From: Cytophagales bacterium
Lineage (GTDB): Bacteria; Bacteroidota; Bacteroidia; Cytophagales; Spirosomataceae
DNA: 39,890 nt
Direction of reading: 5' to 3'
Assembly: GCA_031424875.1 (NCBI GenBank)
Contig: JANPIG010000711.1
Coordinates: forward strand, 1-39,890
Shown in pieces: positions 28,357-38,195 of this stretch. The notes under the pieces are model-generated. The model did not search any database, had not been told where the DNA came from, and saw nothing but the letters and a program-made list of their open reading frames with translations. How positions within the stretch are numbered: position 1 is the first letter of the stretch; every line of letters starts with the position of its first letter. A program made the translations under genes and the position numbers.

Positions 28357-31300
28357 CTACTCCACCACCGCAACCCCACCACCTGAATAACTCCGATACT
28401 CCCCACGATACATCGCATCCGCAGACACGGGTCCCATTTGGAATTTGCCTTTTGAAACGGCTCTTACTAAATAATAAAAAGTCTGTGGTTTGCCCGATAA
28501 ATTCGTGAAGAAGTTGATTCTGTCGTCTCGGATGTCGAAATGTTCTGGCGTCGTTTGGTCTTTTACCCACACTAAATCTCGGTCTGCCGTTAATCTTGGG
28601 TTTTCAATTTCTACGCCTGCGGGTAGCATATCCGTAACCACTACGTTATCAACTGCTAATCCGTTGGTGCTTTGAAGCGTGATTTTTACCACTACCAACT
28701 GATTTTGCTTGAATTTTGCCGCTCCTAAGGGTTGTCCAGAACGACTATAAAACTGTTTCCGAACCTTCAAAACATTATCAATTTGCTCATATTTACCTGT
28801 TGCACTCAAACCTTCAGCTTGGGCAAAATAATATAAAGCTCCTCGCCCTTGTGTACGGATAACCGACTGATTACCAATGTTTTTAATCAATAAATCATTC
28901 GCTGTAAAATTGCCTACAACCTTATTATTGCTCGAAATGGAAGCCGTTACCGTGCTGGCATTTGCCTTGTTTGCCAACTTACCCAATGCCAAAAATGAAA
29001 AAGCTTGTTCTTGGGTATTTAGGTAAGGTTCGGCTTTCAGATTTTGAGATAATTGTCTCGCCAAAGTTGGAATTTGTAGGTTATTTGGGTCGGTATCAAT
29101 CAAGGTATTCAAGACCAATGCCTGATTCCGAATGGGTGAACTGAAACTTCCGCCTGACCATTTTTCGGTGATTTCTGAACCGTAATTTTTTGGAGTCAAA
29201 GCATTGTAACTTTTTGAATCGCCCATTAAGCTAAATGCTGCTCCCAAAAGATATTTTGAGTCGGTTGTCAATAACTCAATATTAGATTTGTAATAATTCA
29301 TCACCGAGCGATTAGGTTTGCCCGCCAATGCCAAAACGTACAAACTATAAATGGTTTCACGAGCCGCAATCACTTTGGTATCATAACTTCCAGAACCATT
29401 AAAGTAATATTCTTTATCCGTAATTTTCGTGTTTGAGGCATTGGTCAGATATTCAATTAATTTGCCCAGAGTTGAGCTATTTACTTGAAAATCATTCTTT
29501 TGTGCTTCCAACATAAAATGCGTAGCGTAAGCAGAACCCCACCAAGACTCACGGTCGCCACCTTGCCAATACGACAATCCACCGCTTGGCAATTGCATCG
29601 TTTCGAGTTTATGAATGGCGGCTTCTACATTTGTCCGAGGATTTAATTGGCTTTCACCCGCCTTCATATACGGCTTTTTGCCCGATTGAATCTGTTTCAC
29701 AAACTCAGAAAAGTACAATTGAGGAAAGGCAGTAGAAGTAGTTTGTTCTACGCAACCATAAGGATAATTCAAGAGATTTTGGAACTTGTCCATAAACTGC
29801 ACCATCGGCGATTTACTCACCGTCATTTCAGATTTCAGCGAACTTGGAATATAGTCATTTACCAAACTAACATTACCAACCGAACCACCATTGACCACAC
29901 CCGAAACGGAGGTTTTCATCAGTGAAGTAGTGGGTCGAACGGTCAATTCTATCTTCTCAGTAAAGGTTGATTTCAAGCCATTTACCGTAACATTCATAAT
30001 AGCATTGCCCGTTGTGGGCGAGGCTTTTACGGTAAAATACGCTCTGCCTTCTTTCTCGGCAGGGATATTGATGGTTTGGGTTTTACTACCTACAATGCTC
30101 AAACCGCCTGATAATGAGACCGTTGCCGTTGCAACAGCATCCTGTTTGGTCGTATTTGTAATATTGACAGGTACTTGAATTTCATCATTCGGCGAAGCAA
30201 ATCTTGGTAACGCCGTGCTAATCACGAGCGGGTCAGCAACTTTCATATTTTTAGTTGCCGAACCAAAGGCTTCACCTTTATACGCCACCGCCATGATGCG
30301 TAAATCGCCCGAAAATTGGGGAATATCAAACTCAAAAGTAGTCTCCCCTCCTATTCCCGTTTCCACAATTCCTGACCAAATCGCTACTAAGTTTACCCGC
30401 CCGTTATTAAGTGGATTCACCCTTTTTTGCATATCATAGCCATCACCACCAACGGACGAACTGCCCGAAATGGATAATTCTGGAAACAGGAACGGGTACA
30501 AATCGTAGCTATTTACCTCCAAAGCCTGTTTTTGATAAAAGAAGGCGTAAGGGTCGGGCGTTTTGAAATTTTTGAGTTGCAGGATTCCTTCATCCACCAC
30601 CGAAATCGTCAATTCAGTATTGGCTTTCGTTTTGATGGTAACTTTTTGTTTCATCTTTGAACGAGATTTTTCCACCGCTACAATTTCGATAGGCAATTGA
30701 TTATCAAGGTCTTCCACCATCACAGGGGCGTATCCATGAGCCACCGTAAGTGGCAGATTTGAGCTATCCATCGGGCGAATCAACGTTGCCGATACATAGA
30801 CATTGGGCAAATGTTCCTTGCCAATCGTGAAGCTCAATTCCGCCGATTTTTTATCCGTTTCTACTACATAATGCTCCAAAACGTGATTTCTTTCCACCGT
30901 AACGATGAGTTTTCCTGCAAATGGCGTTTTGAAAAGAACCTTCGCTTTGTCGCCCACTTGATATTTTTCTTTGTCAAACTGCATCTCCACTTTTCCTTCA
31001 TTATTCACCTCAAAAGACGAATTTTCTGTCGTGCCAAAACCGTAGGCATAGAAACTTTGAGCCGTCCAAGATTTTGCCCCTTCGCTATGCACACGTACTT
31101 CATACTCGCCCGAAACGGGTGGAGCGTAAGAAACATCTGCCTTTCCATTCACAAAATTTATCGTGCGAGAATACACTACTTTCGTTTGTTTTTTAGAAGA
31201 ATATTTCATCGAATTATCGGCATTTTTTTCGATAACAGTCTGGTAATCAAACCTTACAATTTCAACTCTTCCTTTTGCCGTAACGGGTTTTCCATCCTTA

Positions 31301-33891
31301 TTCAAAGCCACCAACGGGATTTGCGTAGGCACATTCGTACCCAAATAAGTATCTGGCATTCCGATTCCGTAAAAGACGGGTTGCGTAAAAATATCCAAGG
31401 CTTTTAAGCGATTCACGGGACGACCCGTTTCATCAAAAACCGTAACGTAAGTCTTCGCTTCCAACACGCCCATGTCTGAATAGGTAGCAGGAATTTGGAA
31501 ACCTTCGGAAGCGATACCATTTTCGTTGGTTACGCCCTGCCGAGGGATGGATTCAAAATTGGTATTGTCGTTAATATCAAACACATAGCCCTTGAAATCT
31601 TTGGGTTGGAAGAGTTTTCTATTCAATCTCAATTCCATTTCGTAGTTCCGATTTGAGGCGGGCGGACCGAACAAATTGAGTGCCGTTGCCGTGATTTGAA
31701 GCGTTTCGCCATTTTTGTAAAATTCCTTACCCGCTTTCACTTCCACCTTGATACGGTCGGGCATAAATTCTTCGATAGAAATATTGCGAGACGACAGCGA
31801 AACATCGTTGGCATTCAACACTTCCACCACATACACACCCGTGATAGACGCACGGTCGGTGGGAACTGACATTTCCACTGCCCCCTGTGCATTAGTCGTC
31901 TTTTTGAAGGTTTTGAACTCCTTTCCGTTGGGTAAAAGCAAGCGAATTTTTACAGGAATTTCACCCACTGATTCCCAGTTTTGTTTACGGATAACGGTGT
32001 TGAAATGCAGCGTTTCACCAGGGCGATAAATATCACGGTCGCCGTAGATAAACGCCTCAAAACCAGAAGTGTTATCTCTTTTTCCTTCCACATCAAAACG
32101 GGAAGTTTCCACCTGCGAACCTTCCATGAAAAGGTAGTTAAAATCGTCTTCAGTATTAGCGGTAATCATGGCGGTTGTGAACTTAGAATCCTTAAAATCC
32201 TTGAAAATCGCCATGCCCTTACTATTCGTTTTAACGGTCTGAATCAACTGATTATTAGATGAAATCAATTTTACTTCCACGCCGCCCATCGGTTCGGCAG
32301 TTTTAATGGAATTAGTGAAGACAACCGTCTCATTTTCAGACGATTTCATAATCATTCCAATGTCCGAAATACTGACCAATTTAGTCGCACGGTTATAATA
32401 TTCATCGTTAGAATTAACACTGACAATATAGATTCCTTTGATATTATTTTGCTCGGGCAACGACAAATTCAAAGCCCGAACATTTTTTGATTTCGCTAAG
32501 TTGGCAGTCTCAACAGTTTTGTTCACAATCACATCTGAATATTGTCCTGATTCGTCAATATCATAATCGAAAGTATTGCCATAAGAACCCGTTTCTTCAT
32601 CATAATTATCGTAGTTTTGAAAACGCCCATTCTTTAAAAAATGCAAGATGTTATTTTCATAAACTTTCGCAATTCTTACGTTTACTTTGGGTGTATTCAC
32701 AATGTTTACCGCAATATTTTTATTTCCTTTTGACGATAAATACAAAGCCTTTTTGTTGATAAAACCAATAGCAGCGGGCATTTGTCCAAAATATAAATCC
32801 TTGGTATAATCCTCTGATAATGAAGCCCCAAGCACTCCTTTTGCCGATGGATTAATCGTCAGAACGTAATTATCCGTTTCGTTAAAATCTCCTTTGATGA
32901 TGAAACCGTTTTCGGTAATTTCACCCTTGGTGTCCAACGTTGGTGTGGCAGGTTTTGCCTTTGGTTTTGAAGCAGGTTTTTCAATGGGATTACCCAAAGA
33001 GTCATATTCTATTACTACCTCTTCCACAACCTCCTCAGTAGATGACCCATTGATTTCTATTTTATAAATTTTGGATAAATCTTCCGCTGAAATGGACTGA
33101 TTAGTAATGACTTTCACAAAACCTTGATTATTTTCAAAACCATGCTGTACATCGTTGATTTCGAGGGTTTTAACATCCGGTAAAGCTGTTTCCAAAGTCA
33201 ATTCGTCGGGTGTTACAAATTTAGAATTTGGCATTGAAATTCCTTTGTCGAGATTAACTTTCAATGATTTTCCGCTACCATCTGATAGCCCTTTTACCTT
33301 TATACTTACACTCGCAGACGTACCCGATTGATTCATCTGAAAATCATATTTTTTATCATCAGAATCGCTGATTTTCAATACCTTAGCTACTTCTTGTGGA
33401 TTGACTGGATAATTGAAATTCATTTTCAACACGGCAACGCCTTGCCCATCATCCCGAGATTTTGTCCAGTAGGTTTCTACATTTTCTAATTTCAAATAAG
33501 GCGTGTGAAAAGTGATTTTATCGCCCGATAAACCATATTTTTTCTCAGCTTTGTTTATAATAGATTTATTGAGGGTAGCCGTGTATTCCGTGGCAGGTTC
33601 AAAACCCACGGCTGGCGAGAAAATCAGTTCGTTGGTGGCAGTCCATTTGAATTTGCCTTCTACTTTGGGAGAAATTTCGATATAGGGTTCAGCCTCCCAC
33701 GTATTGAGGTCGCCTTCACGCACAAGGTCTTTATCGAAAGTAAAGACAAGATTTTGAGCCAGTTGTATTTCATCTTCAAAGTTCCGGCTGGACACAGAAA
33801 CGTCTCCAAATTTGGAACAAGACGATAAAAATAAGAAAATAAAAGTAAGTAAATAATGGGAAAACTGAGGAAAGCGGAACGTGGAGTTCAT
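28357..33891 (-). CDS. Bacterial alpha-2-macroglobulin lipoprotein
   Basis: Lipobox LSSC; DRDIYRPGE, EEFMPDR, VVDEGIL, LPRF, intact thioester YPYGCVEQ, DMLPAG.EIEN, RDDR. Confidence 0.96.
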   Translation of the reverse strand: MNSTFRFPQFSHYLLTFIFLFLSSCSKFGDVSVSSRNFEDEIQLAQNLVFTFDKDLVREGDLNTWEAEPYIEISPKVEGKFKWTATNELIFSPAVGFEPATEYTATLNKSIINKAEKKYGLSGDKITFHTPYLKLENVETYWTKSRDDGQGVAVLKMNFNYPVNPQEVAKVLKISDSDDKKYDFQMNQSGTSASVSIKVKGLSDGSGKSLKVNLDKGISMPNSKFVTPDELTLETALPDVKTLEINDVQHGFENNQGFVKVITNQSISAEDLSKIYKIEINGSSTEEVVEEVVIEYDSLGNPIEKPASKPKAKPATPTLDTKGEITENGFIIKGDFNETDNYVLTINPSAKGVLGASLSEDYTKDLYFGQMPAAIGFINKKALYLSSKGNKNIAVNIVNTPKVNVRIAKVYENNILHFLKNGRFQNYDNYDEETGSYGNTFDYDIDESGQYSDVIVNKTVETANLAKSKNVRALNLSLPEQNNIKGIYIVSVNSNDEYYNRATKLVSISDIGMIMKSSENETVVFTNSIKTAEPMGGVEVKLISSNNQLIQTVKTNSKGMAIFKDFKDSKFTTAMITANTEDDFNYLFMEGSQVETSRFDVEGKRDNTSGFEAFIYGDRDIYRPGETLHFNTVIRKQNWESVGEIPVKIRLLLPNGKEFKTFKKTTNAQGAVEMSVPTDRASITGVYVVEVLNANDVSLSSRNISIEEFMPDRIKVEVKAGKEFYKNGETLQITATALNLFGPPASNRNYEMELRLNRKLFQPKDFKGYVFDINDNTNFESIPRQGVTNENGIASEGFQIPATYSDMGVLEAKTYVTVFDETGRPVNRLKALDIFTQPVFYGIGMPDTYLGTNVPTQIPLVALNKDGKPVTAKGRVEIVRFDYQTVIEKNADNSMKYSSKKQTKVVYSRTINFVNGKADVSYAPPVSGEYEVRVHSEGAKSWTAQSFYAYGFGTTENSSFEVNNEGKVEMQFDKEKYQVGDKAKVLFKTPFAGKLIVTVERNHVLEHYVVETDKKSAELSFTIGKEHLPNVYVSATLIRPMDSSNLPLTVAHGYAPVMVEDLDNQLPIEIVAVEKSRSKMKQKVTIKTKANTELTISVVDEGILQLKNFKTPDPYAFFYQKQALEVNSYDLYPFLFPELSISGSSSVGGDGYDMQKRVNPLNNGRVNLVAIWSGIVETGIGGETTFEFDIPQFSGDLRIMAVAYKGEAFGSATKNMKVADPLVISTALPRFASPNDEIQVPVNITNTTKQDAVATATVSLSGGLSIVGSKTQTINIPAEKEGRAYFTVKASPTTGNAIMNVTVNGLKSTFTEKIELTVRPTTSLMKTSVSGVVNGGSVGNVSLVNDYIPSSLKSEMTVSKSPMVQFMDKFQNLLNYPYGCVEQTTSTAFPQLYFSEFVKQIQSGKKPYMKAGESQLNPRTNVEAAIHKLETMQLPSGGLSYWQGGDRESWWGSAYATHFMLEAQKNDFQVNSSTLGKLIEYLTNASNTKITDKEYYFNGSGSYDTKVIAARETIYSLYVLALAGKPNRSVMNYYKSNIELLTTDSKYLLGAAFSLMGDSKSYNALTPKNYGSEITEKWSGGSFSSPIRNQALVLNTLIDTDPNNLQIPTLARQLSQNLKAEPYLNTQEQAFSFLALGKLANKANASTVTASISSNNKVVGNFTANDLLIKNIGNQSVIRTQGRGALYYFAQAEGLSATGKYEQIDNVLKVRKQFYSRSGQPLGAAKFKQNQLVVVKITLQSTNGLAVDNVVVTDMLPAGVEIENPRLTADRDLVWVKDQTTPEHFDIRDDRINFFTNLSGKPQTFYYLVRAVSKGKFQMGPVSADAMYRGEYRSYSGGGVAVVE

Positions 33892-34016
33892 GTGGTTTTG
33901 GGTTGATTTTAAAAATCAAGAAAAGTGTTAGTTGATTAATATGAAAAGTTCAGAAAACTTTAACGCATTTTCAACTATTTAGTCAGAAATCTTTTGAATG
34001 ATAGAGAAGGGAATGC

Positions 34017-34062
34017 AAAAAGGCTCAATTAGTACATATAAGTTACTAACTGAGCCCTTTTT
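34017..34062 (-). terminator. Intrinsic terminator of the pit-porin operon
   Basis: GGCTCAATTAGTA...TACTAACTGAGCC stem with A5/T5 tails. Confidence 0.75.
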
Positions 34063-34125
34063 CAGAAGGAAGAGTATTTTTACTTTTCAGCTTCAAATAA
34101 TTACTAATAGTCACATTCAATTTCA

Positions 34126-35376
34126 TTAAAAATTAAACTGAGCCTGCAAACGCAATAAACTACCTGTCTGAGTATTTACTGGCAATGCCGCATCTTCAAA
34201 AGTTCTATCAGAAATAGTATAGATAGCAGTCAATTCAAAAAAGTCCTTTAATTGCCATTCTGCCCCTATTTCTAAATCTTTCACAATATACCTACGAGCA
34301 TCTATTTCGTGTTTTTTTCCGCCATTATAATATTGATATTTTACAAAAGGCGTGATATGATTTTCACCAACCTTTTGCCGGTACATTACCTGTACATATC
34401 CTCCATTTAGGTCTTTCGCTACAGTGGTCATTGTGGCAGGATTAAACTCTGGACCTTCACCAACGTTATATTCTGCTTGAAAACCAAAGGGTTGTGGCTA
34501 AACTACAAGCGTTGCAGCTATTCTACGGTCAATGTATTGAACATCCGTTGCTTTATTTTTAATAGCTGTTTTTTCTATTACATATTTACCTGTATATGCT
34601 TGTACAGCAGTTTCTATAATTTGTCCAGACTTTAGTTTGAAGGGATAAGTAATTCTTGAAACAATATGTGGTTCGTTATTCAATTCAGCTCTGTTAGCGG
34701 TCTGTCCGTTATATGCACCAAAGGCAAACATACCATAATCGCCACTACCCTTCAAACCAGAGCTTACCAAATATTTGAAACGTTCACGGATTTCGGCAGG
34801 AGCATAATAAAAGAAAATTCCTAAATCACGCTCGTTTGAAACTGGGCTGTTTGTTGCATCAGCACGGTCGAGAGCCAAACGGTTTTGAGATGATTGCATA
34901 TTCTCGAAACCATAAGGAATTTTACTTTGACCAAAACGCAAGCGATATTCTTTCTTTGCATCAAGAGCTAAGTCAAAATAAGCATCACGAATCTGGAAGC
35001 TGTGTTGAAACGTACTACTCACGTTTGAAGCAAAATCTGGCTGAATATAAATGTACAAGCGGTCTGAAATATCTCCTGAAAAAATTAAACGCCCACGACG
35101 GATAAAGAACCCACCATTTTCGCCCCAAGATCTATCACATTGTTCGCATTTTAATTTGTCATTTGTTTCCAAAAGACGGTTATAACGAATTTGGGCATAA
35201 CCTCTTAACGATATTTTATCATACCATTTTTTGGGGGCAGAAGATTCTTTTTTGTCTTCTTTCGTAGGCTCGATAAAAGTTGTGGTTACTGTTGGAGTTG
35301 TTGTACTTTGACAAAAAGCGTTAGAGCTAACGACACAAGCGGTCATTAGAACAGTAAGTCCTTTTAAATTTCTCAT
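34126..35376 (-). pseudogene. Phosphate-selective porin (OprO/OprP-like) interrupted by in-frame TAG at 34498-34500
   Basis: The ORF-track pieces 34498-35382 and 34126-34431 share one frame: ...RIAATLVV*PQPFGFQAEYNVGEGPEFNPATMTTVAK...; ends LRLQAQFNF (beta-barrel terminal Phe); IRRGRL, RDAY, RFGQ.K.PYG motifs; downstream of pit. Confidence 0.85.
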
Positions 35377-35410
35377 TAACAATGGATTTTCTATATTGGT
35401 AGTTATAATC

Positions 35411-35464
35411 TAATTATTGAAGTTTAAACGGGTAGCTTTCCACCCGTTTAAACTTCAATAATTA
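35411..35464. repeat. 23-bp perfect inverted repeat between pit and porin
   Basis: TAATTATTGAAGTTTAAACGGGT-8 nt-ACCCGTTTAAACTTCAATAATTA; includes the pit stop codon. Confidence 0.85.
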
Positions 35465-36916
35465 TCCGAAAATGGTACGGAATAGGTAAAATAAAGTAGC
35501 TGATAAGAAGATAGTTACAGGCAAAGTCAATACCCATGCCATTACAATATTTTTAACGGTACCTCCTTGCAAGTTTTTGATACCTTTTGAAGCCACCATT
35601 GACCCTGCAATACCCGAAGATAATACGTGAGTTGTTGATACTGGCCATTTGTAAGCTGTTGCTAAACCAATCGTGATGGAGGCAACCAACTCAGCCGAAG
35701 CACCTTGAGCATAGGAGAGGTGTTGCTTCCCGATTTTCTCACCAACGGTAACAACAATACGTTTCCAACCAATCATTGTGCCTAAACCCAATGATAAAGC
35801 AATCATCCACATAACCCAATTAGGGGCAAAATCTGTTAAAGATGAAAGTCCACTGTTTGAGTTTCCGAAAGTAAAAAATGGTGCTTTTTTACCCGCCGTA
35901 GCATTCTTCAAATCCTTTTTATCATCAGCACTTAATGTTACTGATTCACTTTCTACTAACTTTTTAGAATGTTTATTAATATTCAAAACATCTTTACGAA
36001 TCTCTAATTTAGTTTCTACTGTTAAGTTCTTGGCATTCAGAGATTTATTAGTAAAAATTACCTCTAAACTATTTACACCTTTCATCACTTTAGCATAACT
36101 TTCTTTTTCCGAAGAAGACAATTTATTCGTATCAATTTTAGATACAATCGTCTGAACAGTTATTACTTCTTTTTGCAATTTGAAGGGATCAACGTCGGTG
36201 TTGATGGCAAAAAAACTTGGCAAAAATGCAATCAAAACCAACATTACTAAACCTATTCCTTTCTGCCCGTCGTTGCGTCCGTGAAAGAAACTTACCAAAG
36301 TACAAGTAGTTACTAAAATGGCACGAATCCACATCGGAGGAGGCGTATCTTTTTTCGGCTCTTTGAAAATTTCTTTGTTCTCAATTGATTTCTTTAAAAT
36401 GTACATAAAGACAATGGCAATGGCAAAACCAAACACACGTGAAAGTAAAAGAGCTTGACCAATTTCAATAGCCTTATCCCAGTTTACAGTCGAAAGACCT
36501 TTATTATTTTCAGGCAAAAGAGCATAACCAACGCCTATTCCAATGATTGAACCAATTAAAGTATGAGAAGATGATGCCGGGATTCCGAAGTACCAAGTGC
36601 CTAAGTTCCAGGCAATTGCGGTTAATAACATTGAAAATGCTAATGCCATGGCGTGATAGACGTTGGAGTCAATCAGTAATTCGGTGGGTAATAATCCGAT
36701 GATAGACATGGTAACACCCACACCGCCCGTAAGCAAACCCAAAAAATTGATAAAACCAGACCAAACCACCGCTTGTGTAGGCTTTAAGGAGTTTGTGTAA
36801 ATAACAGTGGCAACGGCGTTTGCGGTGTCGTGAAATCCATTCACGAATTCAAAGGCACAGGCCAAAAATAAACATAAAAAGAGGAGAATAAACAGAGTTG
36901 CGTCGAGTCCGAACAT
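35462..36916 (-). CDS. pit: PiT-family inorganic phosphate transporter
   Basis: NGFHDTANAVAT, GIPASSSH, HG.NDGQK, GWKRIV.TVGEKIG, PVSTTH..SS, AWVLTLP. Confidence 0.95.
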   Translation of the reverse strand: MFGLDATLFILLFLCLFLACAFEFVNGFHDTANAVATVIYTNSLKPTQAVVWSGFINFLGLLTGGVGVTMSIIGLLPTELLIDSNVYHAMALAFSMLLTAIAWNLGTWYFGIPASSSHTLIGSIIGIGVGYALLPENNKGLSTVNWDKAIEIGQALLLSRVFGFAIAIVFMYILKKSIENKEIFKEPKKDTPPPMWIRAILVTTCTLVSFFHGRNDGQKGIGLVMLVLIAFLPSFFAINTDVDPFKLQKEVITVQTIVSKIDTNKLSSSEKESYAKVMKGVNSLEVIFTNKSLNAKNLTVETKLEIRKDVLNINKHSKKLVESESVTLSADDKKDLKNATAGKKAPFFTFGNSNSGLSSLTDFAPNWVMWMIALSLGLGTMIGWKRIVVTVGEKIGKQHLSYAQGASAELVASITIGLATAYKWPVSTTHVLSSGIAGSMVASKGIKNLQGGTVKNIVMAWVLTLPVTIFLSATLFYLFRTIFG

Positions 36917-37010
36917 TATCGTGGTTGTTAATTTGAGAATTTTGAAAATGATTGCTAATAATTATTGCTTAATTTTCAAAGGGGATTTTTTCATATTGGT
37001 ATTTTTACCG

Positions 37011-37055
37011 CAAAGGTAGAAATACTTGATTATCCTAATGTTACCAAATTGTTAA
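37011..37055 (-). promoter_or_regulatory. pit promoter (-7 TACCTTTG) with Pho-box-like TAACA-N6-TAACA direct repeat
   Basis: CAAAGGTA at 37011-37018; TGTTA at 37039-37043 and 37050-37054 (11-bp period, OmpR/PhoB-type spacing). Confidence 0.6.
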
Positions 37056-37229
37056 ATTTCATTATTTGATGATATAGTACTTTAAATAAGCATTTTAATA
37101 GTATTATTTTTAGTTGAAATAAATTGAACTTTATAAATTTGATAGGGAGCCATTTTTTTTACTTAAACCTCAAACTTCAAACACTCATTCCTCCGTACCT
37201 TTGTAGCCCAATAATTTTGAGCAAAATTT

Positions 37230-38195
37230 ATGTTAAGAAGACCTCGCAGAAATCGCCAGTCGTCCGCCATTCGTGCAATGGTAGAAGAGACTACTCTTTC
37301 GGTCAATGATTTTATCTATCCCATGTTTATAATGGATGGCAAAAACCACACTACCGAGATAAAATCAATGCCTAATATTTTTAGATATACCCTAGATAAA
37401 CTCTTGGAAGAACTAGCAGTAGTGCAGGATTTGGGCATTCGTTCTATTGCACTTTTTCCACAACTGCCTGAAAGCCAGAAAGATAAATTTGCGACTGAAA
37501 GCCATAGACAAGGGAGTTTGTATTTGGAAGCTATTAATCAAATCAAGAATAAATTCCCAGATATTGTCCTAATGACTGATGTAGCAATGGATCCATATTC
37601 CTCAGATGGCCACGATGGTTATGTGGACGATAACGGTAACATTCTAAATGACGAAACCCTGCAAATCTTAGGAAATATGGCTCTCGCACAGGCACGTGCA
37701 GGAGCAGACATTGTTGGACCATCGGACATGATGGACGGGCGTATCGGCTATTTGCGTGAAATGCTTGATGATGAAGGTTTTGTAAACGTGAATATCATGG
37801 CATATACTGCTAAATACGCTTCGGCTTTTTACGGTCCTTTCCGTGATGCTCTGGACTCTGCTCCAAAGTTTGGGGATAAAAAAACCTATCAAATGAATTA
37901 TGCCAATAGCCGTGAAGCATTAATTGAGGCTGAATTGGATTATGAAGAAGGGGCAGATTTTTTAATGGTAAAACCCGCTTTGGCATATTTAGATATTATC
38001 AAAACCTTAAACGACAACTTCCATATTCCGATAGCTGCCTATAATGTTTCGGGTGAATATGCCATGGTAAAAGCTGCCGCCCAAAACGGTTGGTTGGATG
38101 GTACTAAAACGATGGTAGAAAGCCTAACCGCTATAAAAAGGGCAGGAGCCAAGGTGATTTTGACGTATTTTGCCAAGGAATATGCGTCTCTCTAA
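37230..38195 (+). CDS. hemB: Porphobilinogen synthase (ALA dehydratase)
   Basis: RRPRRNR, PSDMMDGRIG, KYASAFYGPFRDA, MVKPA, AYNVSGEYAM; TACCTTTG at 37196-37203. Confidence 0.98.
   Translation: MLRRPRRNRQSSAIRAMVEETTLSVNDFIYPMFIMDGKNHTTEIKSMPNIFRYTLDKLLEELAVVQDLGIRSIALFPQLPESQKDKFATESHRQGSLYLEAINQIKNKFPDIVLMTDVAMDPYSSDGHDGYVDDNGNILNDETLQILGNMALAQARAGADIVGPSDMMDGRIGYLREMLDDEGFVNVNIMAYTAKYASAFYGPFRDALDSAPKFGDKKTYQMNYANSREALIEAELDYEEGADFLMVKPALAYLDIIKTLNDNFHIPIAAYNVSGEYAMVKAAAQNGWLDGTKTMVESLTAIKRAGAKVILTYFAKEYASL

Noticed and set aside
34126-34431. Separate 101-aa gene
   Set aside because: It is the in-frame C-terminal part of the porin, beyond the internal TAG.
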